This document shows, piece by piece, positions 22,453-33,400 of a DNA stretch of 64,000 nucleotides; position 1 is the first letter of the stretch; every line of letters starts with the position of its first letter. The notes beneath the pieces are model-generated. The model ran no database searches and had not been told where the DNA came from. It worked only from the letters and a program-made list of their open reading frames with translations. Made by a program: the position numbers and the translations under genes. This DNA comes from Andalucia godoyi And28 (taxonomy: Eukaryota; Protista; Jakobida): assembly GCA_009859145.1 (NCBI GenBank), contig VRVR01000028.1, forward strand, positions 98,438 through 162,437. Reading direction: 5' to 3'.

Positions 22453-22472
22453 CGGAACCCTAAGCTAGGGTT
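22453..22472. promoter_or_regulatory. Palindromic double telo-box upstream of RPL32
   Basis: CGGAACCCTAAGCTAGGGTT, 19/20 identical to 46089-46108 upstream of RPS28; 200 nt before the ATG. Confidence 0.7.
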
Positions 22473-22671
22473 CTGCTTCTTGGCCATTTTCTCCCAATTC
22501 CCCTAATTTCCCGATGCTGCAGCCTCGTTTCAAAAATTCATTTCGTTTCTCTTGGTGTCCAATCCATATTTTTAAGTACAAGGTTTGTGTTGCTTTTATC
22601 CATCCTTCTGTTTGGCAGTGATTTTGTGAAGAGTTTTACTGAAGTTTTTCTTTTTTCAACATCATCCAGAA

Positions 22672-23091
22672 ATGACGGCCGTGACCAAGGTAAAGCCATT
22701 GACATTCAAGCGTGTTACACACAAGCGCTCGAAGAAGTTCATGCGCCATCATGCAGATCGCTATGGACGTCTTTCTCGCACTTCGTGGCGCTGCCCGAAG
22801 GGTATTGATAACCCCGTTCGCCGACGCTACCGTGGCATGCTCCCCCTTGCCAATGTTGGTTATGGCACCAAGGTGGAGGATCGCCATGTTTGCCCCGACG
22901 GCTTCGTCCACTTCCGCGTCTTCAACGTTAAGGAACTTGAGGCACTCATGATGCAGAACCGGAAGTATGCCGCGCTCATTGCACACACTGTCTCTGCCCG
23001 TGCCCGCAAGGAAATCATCGCCCGTGCAGACGGTCTGGGCATCAAGGTTGTCAACCGTGCCGGACGTCTCCGCTCCGAGGAAAGTGAGTAA
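22672..23091 (+). CDS. RPL32: 60S ribosomal protein L32 (eL32)
   Basis: HKRSKKFMRHHADRY..SWRCPKGIDNPVRRRYRG..NVGYG..FRVFNVKELEALMMQN. Confidence 0.97.
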   Translation: MTAVTKVKPLTFKRVTHKRSKKFMRHHADRYGRLSRTSWRCPKGIDNPVRRRYRGMLPLANVGYGTKVEDRHVCPDGFVHFRVFNVKELEALMMQNRKYAALIAHTVSARARKEIIARADGLGIKVVNRAGRLRSEESE

Positions 23092-23378
23092 TTGTTCATG
23101 TGTTAGAACCCCCCAAAACATAAAAAGACATACTGTTTGGAGTGTGGGCATCGTCCTTCCTTTCTGGTGTTTTGTGCACAGTCTCCCTTCCATCTGCGGA
23201 TCGTTTTTTTCTTTTCAAAAGCACGTCCTCTGTGTGCGAAGACGAGACGAACAAATCAATCTGCGCCCGTTGGACGGACCGCAATCGGAAGCGACGTATG
23301 CTGGATCTTTTTGTTTCTCGATCACACCAAAGAATAAGGCACTGAAAAAAAGTGTCTTCTTCTTCTTCATTTTTATGC

Positions 23379-23861
23379 TTACTCTGTGCGTTGGATGACA
23401 TGCACGCCAGAATCGGTGAAGACCGGCTCCGAGATTTCGCCAACCTTCAGGTTGAATGCAACATCCTCGAAGGCCTTTTGCATCTGTCCTCGTCCAAAGT
23501 GGCCAAGATCTCCTCCACGTGGGGCGGTATTGCAGTCTGACTCTGTCTTTGCCAGTTCCGCAAGAGTGGCTTCTCCGCTCTGGATTTTTTGTCGGAGGTC
23601 ATTGACGATGGCCAAAGCTTCTTCTTCGCTGCGAGTGACATGTTCCTCACGCCATGAAGATGGGCGGCGAGACTTGGCGTGTTTGACGACAATATGAGAA
23701 CAGCGGATAACTTCGGGAGCTTCCCAGCGGGTTTCTCCAGTCTTGGCATTCACAAAGTACCAGGTTCCGGGACGAGACTTGGACTCCTTGCATTCCCAGC
23801 CAGGCGGCAGAGTTACCTTGGGAGGAGGGTTCGAAGATGGGGTTGTCGGCTCGTCAGACAT
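23379..23861 (-). CDS. PIN1: Peptidyl-prolyl isomerase Pin1 (WW + parvulin)
   Basis: LPPGWE..YFVN..TRWEAP; CSHIVVKHAKSRRPSSWR; SDC; GDLGHFGRGQMQKAFE; SGVHVIQR. Confidence 0.97.
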   Translation of the reverse strand: MSDEPTTPSSNPPPKVTLPPGWECKESKSRPGTWYFVNAKTGETRWEAPEVIRCSHIVVKHAKSRRPSSWREEHVTRSEEEALAIVNDLRQKIQSGEATLAELAKTESDCNTAPRGGDLGHFGRGQMQKAFEDVAFNLKVGEISEPVFTDSGVHVIQRTE

Positions 23862-24473
23862 TTTTGATATATGGCAATTTAGTGGATTTCAACAAATAAA
23901 AAAGAAAATTTAAATAAAAAAACAAATGAAAAAGAGAAAACGGAAACGACGAGGAGATCATCGAGTAAGAGAGACTTGCAGGCCCAAAAAACTGGGCCCA
24001 GATTCGAGTTTGGGGGGGGGGAGGGGTTTGTGAGAATCCAGACAGAAAAACCAACAAAACCAACAAAACCACAAGGGACTTCGAAAATCAAAAGCTTACG
24101 CCTACGGCAGGCAAAACTGCTCGATACCAGCTTTGGATGTTGGTGCAGGCTTGACAGGCGTGCATGAGATACAGTAACTACACTGTTTGGACACTCAGAC
24201 CAGGAAAGAGCAAGAGAAGAAGGAAAATATAAAATACATTCATTCAACACACCAGCGATCCATGCTGCCCAAAATGCAAATGAGGCGGCACAAGATACAC
24301 CGCATTCCATCGATGCATGGACCCACGAGTCCCCAGCATAAAATTGCGCATACATCGCATGCCGCATCTACAAAAAATAGATATCAGCATGTCGTCCGAG
24401 AGAGTGGAAGCTCAATCGTACGCAGCCACGCCTCTGCAGAAAACAGTGAATCAGAGAAAGTCCAGGATATGAA

Positions 24474-25300
24474 TCACAAAACATTTGCCTCGGAAGAAAT
24501 GTAGACAATCTCATTTTCGTCGTTCAGGAAAGCAACGACTTCTGCATCTGGAACCGCTCCCTTTGGTACTTCTTCGCATACCGAAAACAAGCCACCGATT
24601 GCGACAATTTCTGGAGAAAATCGAGCACAAGAAACGCACAAGTGCCGAGCAGCGTGTGCCGAATCTGCATGCACTCCTGCAATGGCTCTCCCCGCAAGTT
24701 TTCCGAGCACATGGATGCTCCCGTCTGCGATGACTTCTGCTCCTGGATGGACGTTTCCAATGACGATCAAGTCTCGACCTTGTGCATACAGCATCTGTCC
24801 GGATCTAACATGACCCGTGTGAACCATTGGCGGACTGGTCAGCCGAACGGAAGATCGGCTGCCGTGGCTGTGCTGGTCTTCCCTGGATCCGGCAGCCGCT
24901 GCAGATCCGACTCCGGTGGCTTGGACATCGATTGGAATGACGCCAAGAGAGCGCATGGCTTCAAACAAGGCATGCCTTTCAATCTGAGGCGCATTCACCA
25001 AAGAAGTTCCATCGACGACCATTGGGGAGCCGCGGAAGAAAGAAGCCTTGTTGGTCAGCGATGAAACGACAGAAGAAAGAGTGCATGACGACGTCAGGCG
25101 CAGCGTCGGAAGTATGTACGTCTTTGCAATCACATTCATTGTTCCGCTGCCCACTGCCAACTGTTCGCTTGTGGAGTTTACTTTCGGCGCAATGACTTTG
25201 ACTGCCACCTCGACTCCCGAATCTGAAATGATATTGCTGTTGTGTGGACTGTGGAGGACTCTCCCGAAAGGTTTCCACAACGCAAAGAAAGGGGGCGCAT
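24474..25300 (-). CDS. minC: Septum site-determining protein MinC, probably mitochondrial
   Basis: VRSGQMLYAQGRDLIVIGNVHPGAEVIADGSIHVLGKLAGRAIAG is the MinC C-terminal signature; N-terminal extension present. The ATG at 25300 is one base out of frame, so the start is unresolved. Confidence 0.88.
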
Positions 25301-25502
25301 GTCTTATCTCGTTCTGTTGTGTTGGTTGAGGATTTGAGGCTCGGCAATCTTGCGGGAAAAGAAAAACCCGCGTCCAAATTCTTCCTCCTACAGACGTTCT
25401 TGACTGTAAGAAGGTTCCAAGCTACCGAGAAAAGTAATCCTACACTTGTATTAGGTACATAAGAAAGACAGAAAAAGGTTTCACAAGGATTGAGAAAGTA
25501 AA

Positions 25503-26297
25503 TCAGACAAAATAGTCATGAACAGCCTGCGCATAGTCATCCAGAGAGGCGAATCGGTCTGCGGGAACAACTTGGTTCTTCCAGCTCAACGCATCCGTTT
25601 CCTTGACAGCTTTGCATACCCAAAAGTCGTATCCGAGTTCCTTCCACGGAGACTGTGTGAACACATTGGCCGCAGAGGACGAAGTCAAAACCACTACCGC
25701 GCCTGCGTTCCAAAACGTTGAAAAACGAACGAATCCAAACGGCGCACACAGTGCCTCGATCTGTGCTGCCTCCAGCGGCGCTCTTGGACTCCAAGTTACA
25801 AGTATACAACATCGCAAATCCGTTTGCAACCTTGCAGTTCTCAAAGTCGCATTCGAGTCTTTGAAGATCTGGTGCTTACGCGTGTATTCTTCTGCGAACC
25901 TCCGGTTAGCCTGCGCAAGATCATCCAATTCCGCAGGAGTAAATGACTTTGCTTTCGAAACAGATACGGTCTTCTTGATCTCGTGCGCCGCCTCTCTTTC
26001 TTCAAGATCTCGCTTCAGCCGTTTCTGCACGTCGGATCGCAGCTTTTCCTGGGCAGCTGCCGCCGCATGCTGCTCAAGCCGAGCGTCAATCTCTGCTCTG
26101 CGAACAGGATCGCAAAGGACGCCATATGCTTCCACTATCTTTTGGAATTCGACTTTCGCCCATTCCACGCGATCTCGGTTTTTGTCTGGATGAACTTCTA
26201 ATGACCGCTTTCGATACGCCGAAGATATGACAGAATCTGTCGGATTCGCATTAAACGAGAGGCCTAACACTTGGTACGGATCTACGACATTGTTCAT
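25503..26297 (-). CDS. J-domain protein, DNAJC17/Cwc23-like
   Basis: DPYQVLG..AYRKRSLEVHPDKN..AYGVLCDPVRR, then KRLKRDLEERE and an RRM-like tail. Confidence 0.85.
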   Translation of the reverse strand: MNNVVDPYQVLGLSFNANPTDSVISSAYRKRSLEVHPDKNRDRVEWAKVEFQKIVEAYGVLCDPVRRAEIDARLEQHAAAAAQEKLRSDVQKRLKRDLEEREAAHEIKKTVSVSKAKSFTPAELDDLAQANRRFAEEYTRKHQIFKDSNATLRTARLQTDLRCCILVTWSPRAPLEAAQIEALCAPFGFVRFSTFWNAGAVVVLTSSSAANVFTQSPWKELGYDFWVCKAVKETDALSWKNQVVPADRFASLDDYAQAVHDYFV

Positions 26298-26600
26298 CCC
26301 TCAAAAAAAAAGCGACGGGGCATCTACCCAAAATTAAAGCGGCGTTATTATCCTTCAGTAGTAAAATCCCCATGCGGTGCACTGCACAGCTTCAGTGGAT
26401 TGGAGAAAACGGATGAAAAAAGAACAGGAAGAATTGAAAATCGGATTGGCTTTTGGTGTCGAAAACCATCGACTGAAAAAAGCACAGCAAAAACAAGAAA
26501 GAAAAAAACCCAGAAAAAACAAAACACCGCACAACAAACACTGAATTAATGGTTTTAATGAGCTCCAGAATATCACATAAGACAATTGCTGCGCAAAAGA

Positions 26601-28271
26601 TTATGCAAACGGATTCCATTCCTCTTCCTTCTTCGCGGGAGCATGGGTCTGAGCCGGGGCGGAGACCGGAGCCAGTGCGGGACCTCCAAAGGGATCAAAT
26701 GGATTGGGTGCTGCGTGCGTATGAGAAGCAGGCGCAGGAGCGAAAGACGGCTGCTGCTGCTGCTGAGGCTTCGGCTTTGCTCCTCCAGAGCCCATGAGCC
26801 CAGCAAATGGATCTGGTTGAGCAGGTGCTGTGTTGACCGGCGCCGCTCCAGGCATAGGACCTCCCATACCGGGCATCATGCCAGGCATCTGCTGCTGGTG
26901 TTGCTGAGGCATTCCCATTTGTTGCTGGGGCATTCCCATACCCATACCCATACCCATTCCCATGCCGGGCATCTGCTGCTGCGGCATCATTCCCATACCT
27001 GGCATTGGCTGCATTTGTTGCTGCGGCATCATTCCGGGCATCGGTTGTTGTTGTTGTTGCATCATTCCCATATGCCCCATGCCGCCCATCATCATGCCTT
27101 GTTGAGGATATTGCTGTGGGACTTGGTGTCCTCCAAATCCGTCAAACATGCCTCCCATACCTTGTTGTCCCATCTGCGGCCTGCCTCCCATTCCCTGCTG
27201 ACCCATTTGGCCCATACTACCACCCATCATACCTTGTGGGGGTTGCTGACCAAATTGCTGTTGCTGTCCTCCGAAACCGTCAAACATGCCCCCCATACCC
27301 ATTTGTCCCATACCTTGCTGGCCCATGCCTCCCATTTGCCCCATGCCACCAAACCCTTGCTGAGGATGTGGCTGCTGCATTCCGCCGAACAGGTCGTGGA
27401 CATCCAAAGCCTTTGCAGGTGCTGGGGCTGGCGTTGGGGTCACCGTAACTGCAGATCCACCACCGTCTGCGAATGAAGCACCCGCAAAGAAATCTTCCTG
27501 GGGGGCCGCAGGCGCTGTGTGCTGAGCAGATCGAGACGACGCCGATCCCCCAAACGCATTCTGAGCTTCCGAGGCAGCAAACCAATCATCTTGGGCAGGT
27601 GCATGGGAAGCAGAGGCAGAAACTGGAGCAGGAACAGCAGCGGGAGCCGGAGCATCAAAAAAGTCCAAGAGGCCATTGTTCTGCGAAACAGCAGCAGCAG
27701 CAGCCGCCTTGGATCCGGCAGCCGCCTTTGGGGCAGGAGCAGGCGCTCCACCACCTGGAGGTGCAGAGATTGCCGAAGACGCACGCGGACGTCCGACCTG
27801 CAATTTTGGCGTGTCCTGGTCTCCAATGAGGTTCGAAAGGGGTTTGGGAGTGGGAAGCCCAGTAGAGGGCGAAGAAGACTTTCCAGAGGATGCAGATGAA
27901 GAGGATACGACGTACTCCTTTCGTTCAAAGACAGATTCAATGAAACTGACAACGCGACGAGAATCATCGGTTGCCGGCTTGTCCAAATTGAAGCGCGCCA
28001 GCCAGTAATCTGCAGCAACCTTGTTTCCGTGAGCTTCCAAGAACAGAACTTCCTCCTCCGTGAACTTGGACATGGAAATTCCCTTAATCTTGTGCTGCTT
28101 CGATCGATGATGGCCCGAGCAGGACGTGCAGACAAAGATACCAAAGTCCATGACAACATAGTTGGTGCTCTTCAGAGGACAATCAAAGCACACGCGGTTG
28201 TCATTTCGATGGGAAAGAGTACGGACTCGCTCGGCCAGTTTCTCTTCAGACTTCTTCTGAGCTGCAGACAT
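26601..28271 (-). CDS. ArfGAP-domain protein, AGFG/HRB-like
   Basis: NRVCFDC..FVCTSCSG..IKGISMSKFTEEEV zinc finger; DLF/DFF and NPF motifs; M/Q/G-rich tail. Confidence 0.9.
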   Translation of the reverse strand: MSAAQKKSEEKLAERVRTLSHRNDNRVCFDCPLKSTNYVVMDFGIFVCTSCSGHHRSKQHKIKGISMSKFTEEEVLFLEAHGNKVAADYWLARFNLDKPATDDSRRVVSFIESVFERKEYVVSSSSASSGKSSSPSTGLPTPKPLSNLIGDQDTPKLQVGRPRASSAISAPPGGGAPAPAPKAAAGSKAAAAAAVSQNNGLLDFFDAPAPAAVPAPVSASASHAPAQDDWFAASEAQNAFGGSASSRSAQHTAPAAPQEDFFAGASFADGGGSAVTVTPTPAPAPAKALDVHDLFGGMQQPHPQQGFGGMGQMGGMGQQGMGQMGMGGMFDGFGGQQQQFGQQPPQGMMGGSMGQMGQQGMGGRPQMGQQGMGGMFDGFGGHQVPQQYPQQGMMMGGMGHMGMMQQQQQPMPGMMPQQQMQPMPGMGMMPQQQMPGMGMGMGMGMGMPQQQMGMPQQHQQQMPGMMPGMGGPMPGAAPVNTAPAQPDPFAGLMGSGGAKPKPQQQQQPSFAPAPASHTHAAPNPFDPFGGPALAPVSAPAQTHAPAKKEEEWNPFA

Positions 28272-28615
28272 TCTTGTGAGGAAAAACACACTCCAAAAGA
28301 TGATATGGATATTCTCGAAGAAACTAGAGGATTCGAAAAAGTGGAAATGCTGGCTGGCGGTGCAAACACACCCAGCTCGACGCCTCTCGTGGCGGCTGAA
28401 TTGTGTAAGACCAAGTCAGCACTCTGACACTAGTGGCAATTGAGGCTACAGGAAAAAACGGCAGCGGGGAGGAGGGAGCGGGGAATTTCTCCTCCTCATT
28501 TTTTCTTTTTTTGGGCAAGACGAGGAAGCATTGAAAAACGAAACAATGAAAGGGAAAAAAAAAAAAAACACGCTGCAATTCGAGTCTTTAATGGACTTGT
28601 AGTTTGCATTGGAAC

Positions 28616-30232
28616 ATGGGATTCAGATTGGAAACCGGAAGCGGGCAAACTGCTGTTGACTATTTCCGAGTCGGATTCTCAGTACTAGGCTTCTTGATGA
28701 TTTCCACGCTTTTAATTTGTTCTAGATGGAATCATCGTCGGGCAAAATCACACAATGACAGTCTCGATGCATCTCGGGCGCGAGCGCCTGCCCGAGCATC
28801 CAGGAATACACGTCCTGCAGATGCATTTCTTGATGAAAAATGTGAACTGCACGAGTCGCTGATTGCTTCTCATCGTCAGAGACCATCTAACACTGCGTCC
28901 AGTGTGGTGGATGCGCATGCCGACATCTTGGAATTGAGCAAGTATCATGAGATGGTTCTGGATCGGTTGGTCGACTTACCACACCTCCCACAACTGATGC
29001 TGCAAATGACTGGGTACTGGTGGGTGTATCGATATTCAGCTACCAAGTATACCAAGCGTGCAACTGTGTATTCTCGATTGGCAGTTACATGTGCATTCTT
29101 GTTCATGATCGTGATGCTTGTGTTTCCCGGTCTTGCGCAACGAACTGGAAAAAGCATCGTGAACGCAATACTGCTGTTTGTCGTGTTTTCTTTTGTGTTT
29201 GCGTTTCTCTGTCAGTCATGGAGGTGCTTCTCTAAGCTGGGTGCATTATTTTTTGTGGCCTTGCCGTCTGCAAAATCGTCGCATTTTGCAAGGGTTCGAA
29301 GTGTTTGGAACTGGGTTTCGTTGGTTGGATTCATCATGAGCATTGTCCTCGGTGGTTCTTTTGCGTTCATTTGTTCCTTTTCTTCGAATGATGACAGTGC
29401 CTCCGACGGCGCATATACTGGCCATTTTATCGTTGAGCTATTTGTGTTTTTGTTCTTCATTGATTTTATTGTTTTCTTTGCGATAAGCAATTCTCTGACT
29501 GCGTTAGCAGCCACTGGCGCTGTTACCCAGGTGATGGGGTCCATTATCAATGGCAAATTGGTGGAATGCTGCTCGGGATCGAAGGGGCGTTCGCATTCAC
29601 TGTTCCGATCAGTCGTCGGAAGCTTCTCTCATTTCGCGTATATGATGCCGTCGATCACAACGTCTGCATCGTATCTTCTCAGTCCTTCCTTGATCATGTT
29701 TAGTTGGCTCATGGCATTCGGCATTTATTTCCAATTTGGACGATCACAAGCTGCTGTCACCAACTCAGATGACATTCCGTTCTTTCTCCTTTTTTTCATT
29801 TCTTCATTTTGCACGTTCACAATGATAATGACAGCGTTGATCCCTTGTGCATTCTCGTCTGAGCAGTTCAGGCGATACAAACGACTCCTCTCGTATCTTT
29901 TATGCGGCTATCGGGATTTTCACTTCAACATGCTTCGTCCACATTCGAAAGCGTCTGGTCGACATTGGACAGCGCTGTGCGTGGATCTTTCCGACAATCC
30001 ATCCGTCACTGCGAACCCCGATTCGCTGGGGGACTTTTTCGCAGATCCCGCAGAGAGGAGTGTTGTTCGTGACGCCTTTCTCTTTGCGTCATTCAACGAC
30101 GTGTCTTTTTCTGTGCTGAATACACGCATCTCGATGTCTACACTAGGCACACTGACTTCCGCCTATGTGACAATTCTCCTCATTTCCGTCCAGGCGTACA
30201 GCACGGAGTCGTTCTTGGGGTTCACGCTGTAA
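28616..30232 (+). CDS. Seven-TM membrane protein, candidate gustatory-receptor-like 7TM ion channel
   Basis: About 538 aa with seven core hydrophobic segments; pre-TM1 LQMTGYW; C-terminal FSVLNTRISMSTLGTLTSAYVTILLISVQA resembles GR TM7a/7b (TYhhhhhQF). The ORF is solid; the family call is inference. Confidence 0.6.
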   Translation: MGFRLETGSGQTAVDYFRVGFSVLGFLMISTLLICSRWNHRRAKSHNDSLDASRARAPARASRNTRPADAFLDEKCELHESLIASHRQRPSNTASSVVDAHADILELSKYHEMVLDRLVDLPHLPQLMLQMTGYWWVYRYSATKYTKRATVYSRLAVTCAFLFMIVMLVFPGLAQRTGKSIVNAILLFVVFSFVFAFLCQSWRCFSKLGALFFVALPSAKSSHFARVRSVWNWVSLVGFIMSIVLGGSFAFICSFSSNDDSASDGAYTGHFIVELFVFLFFIDFIVFFAISNSLTALAATGAVTQVMGSIINGKLVECCSGSKGRSHSLFRSVVGSFSHFAYMMPSITTSASYLLSPSLIMFSWLMAFGIYFQFGRSQAAVTNSDDIPFFLLFFISSFCTFTMIMTALIPCAFSSEQFRRYKRLLSYLLCGYRDFHFNMLRPHSKASGRHWTALCVDLSDNPSVTANPDSLGDFFADPAERSVVRDAFLFASFNDVSFSVLNTRISMSTLGTLTSAYVTILLISVQAYSTESFLGFTL

Positions 30233-30424
30233 CCGCCTCTCGGGGCTGGACGATCACCTTTCCTTTTCCTTGCTGTCGTAGTGCTTGGGATACAGCAGTT
30301 TCTATCTTTCGAGGCGGATTTCCTCTCGAGGTGCTTTCACAAAATTTAAACAAAATCCGTTTTCTCCTTTTCTTTTGTATTTCGCAACGTTCATTTTTCA
30401 TTTTAGTTCAGTAAACGTATTAGG

Positions 30425-33400
30425 ATGGCCAAGAAGAAGCAAGTCGTACCCGCCGTTTCTTCCGACCAAGAAGATGGCCACGGGCAGCATCCACCATTGT
30501 CCGACAGGTCTTCCTCCAGTTCTTCCGGCTTTTCAGCAGGAGAAGCCGAAATTGAAAGACTGAAAGAAATTGCAAAAAAAAGTATGTATATCAGATTCAA
30601 GGTAATTTTCGAAGCAGGTTATCTTATTTTTATTTTTTAATTAATCAAAATAATCATAATCATAACCAACGTTCTTTGTTCACGTGCTGACAATTTCGGA
30701 GCGATTTTCCTCTTTTAATACATACGTTTTTGAATAGGAAGGCAAAAGAGAATTGATGAAGCACGTGCCGCCGCACAGGAGGAAGCAGAAGCAGCGCGTC
30801 TTGCTGCAGAGTCTAAAAGCAAGCGCAACTCCAGTATGTTCTTCCCTGTTCTGCCTGTTTCTTCTTCTGGCGTCCGTGCTAGCAGAGAATGACTAATGAC
30901 GAATGACTGAAAAATGATAATGGTTCCAGGAAACAAATCACGATCTGCAACTGGTTCGCGCGGCCACTCCGCTGGCATCGGTCGCGACACTCCCTTGGAC
31001 GATCCAGAATATGAAGAAGCGTTTCGGGCAGCGCGTCTCCAGTCACAACTCGAGGACCTCCGTATGTTCCTCCGCCTTTTAATTTTAGTGTTTCGGTTTT
31101 TGCCGGATATCTAACTGTTCATCTGCAGGGCTCAAACGAAAATCAAAATCACCGAAAGATGGGACACTGTCGAAGGCATTCATTGATATTGAGGATCCCA
31201 TAAGAGAAAAGGTCCATGCTGGTTTGCCTGTGAATGACCATGAGATTCCACCACATTTTCGAGAATATATGAGTTATGCTCGCGCTGCAGTGTTCATAGT
31301 GTTCGCTTCCATTGTCTGCATCACGTTGATTGGTTACCACGCGTACTTTGGAGGCGTTCTCATGATCATGAACACCGAGTATCTGAAAGGTTTCTACGTA
31401 TTCCGTCAGAGCGATGACAGCGATGTTTCACTGTTTGTGCATCACGACGGATCGGTGGGCCTTTTCACAAAACCAGAGTCTCACGAAATTACAGAATTCC
31501 AGCTGTCAGACGAAATAGATCGGGTACTTCGTTTCAGCGGAGATGAAGGAACTGAGGCTACTGTTGGGAAACTGTCGCTGTACACAGCGCAGGACTCGGT
31601 TACCGCCACCCTTTCACCGTCTGTGAATCCTGCTGTTTCATCAGTGAGCATGAATTTTTATACGAAGCCGAAAGGGAATTTCTCTGACGGACTGTTACGA
31701 GAATCTTCTGCCACTGGACTTGTAGAGGTTTCGTCCATTTTCGATGTTCAGAGTGTCGGTACTGTGAATGGTTCAGCTTATGTTGTCGGCCCGTTCACCA
31801 TCTATGGCAGCGGAAGAGGTGCTGTCTGCGATTATTCAGGCGACCCAGGATGCGTGGATTTCCAGTTCGTGCATGGCGAAGATGGAGGCTTCCGCATCGA
31901 CCGAATTAACAATTATTACGCAAAGGACTCGGATCTGCAGCGGTCCATGCTGATCGGAGTATCTGCTGCAGGAGAACTTGCGTTCGACGCTGTTCTGAAA
32001 GTTAATCTGGAATCCCGAGTCAATTACACCATTAGCAGTCACTACATGTCCGTTGCTTCTGCGCTGTTTCGCTCCGTGGACAGTCATTCGATTTTCGATC
32101 TCTACTCGTGGAACTTTTCAACCTACTGGAGTTTTGAGAGGGAGCTTGCTTCTGACAGCAACCAAGCCTCCAAGTTCACCATGTACGCTGATCATCTTCG
32201 GCAAAACCTGCGGTTTCGGAAAGGGACGGCGGATGATCTCGTTGTGTTTCAACAACCGCTTCCAGCCTCTTCTCTTGCTGCACGCACCCCAATGACAATG
32301 TTTGTGTACAACACTCCGAGAATGGTTTTCTCACAAAGCGACAAATTCTTGTCGACAACGAAAGGCATTTCAACCGAGTTTGGCAGCAACACCAAATCTT
32401 CCACGATGTTCCTAACCACAAGAAGAGAGGAGCGCCCATACGTAGAAATAGCATCCGGGTCATCAAAAACGACAATTTCTCACAACATCAGAGACATTAA
32501 CCCTTTTCTTACGCGGTACCAGTTTCTTCTTACAGGAAAGCCGTATTCTGCAACTGGGGATTTTGTGTTTGAAACTTCGGAGGACATTTCTCTGGGGAAG
32601 GCATTTCTCGTGAAGAAGACCGTCTTGTCGATCATCTCGGGTTCTTTCAGCAGCTCGGCGTATCTTGGGTCCCTTGCCCAGAGGACTGTTTTGAATTCGC
32701 CGGGCAATTCGACACTGCTGGTGTTGTGTTCTCATGCTTCTTCTCCTTGTTCTGTTGTATTTTTCACTCTTTGGGGGTCGTTTTCGCTCAAAAGCAATGC
32801 GTCTGCAGCAGACGGAGTGAGCTCCTTCACTGTTTCAGCGATCCCGTTCGGGTCAAGCTCGAAGGACGTGCTGCAGTATCGTCATTCATCCCAGGATCGA
32901 ACGCTTCGCATGAGCACTGTGAATTTCATTGTCCAAAACGTCTTTGGAGACTTTGCCAAGACTGCGATTACTGGGTCATCGGCATACGTATCGCTGGCTG
33001 CTCCCTTGGGCGATGCCGTGGCAATACTGTCGCTGAATCAGACCGATATTGGATACTCCTTGGGTTCGTCGAATTCTTCCTTGAACATCGAATTACTCAG
33101 CAGATCCGATCCGACCAGATCGTTTTCTCACATCCGCGTACTGGATCGAACTTCGGTATTCGTGCACTCCGCTTCCTGCAGCCTCGCTGGCTCGATATCT
33201 CAAGACCCGTTTCACACGGATCCTCTGATCACCAACCGCGGGATCTTCAACTCGACCGTGCACGTGCTGAGCGGTCTGAAGTTTTACCGTGATGCCTTTT
33301 CCATCATGACCATGCAAAAAGTGTCTCCTTTTGCAAGTACAGTCTTCAATCTTCCCAGTGCTCTAGTACTTGGAGCGGCCAGCTTTGCGGTTTCGAAATC

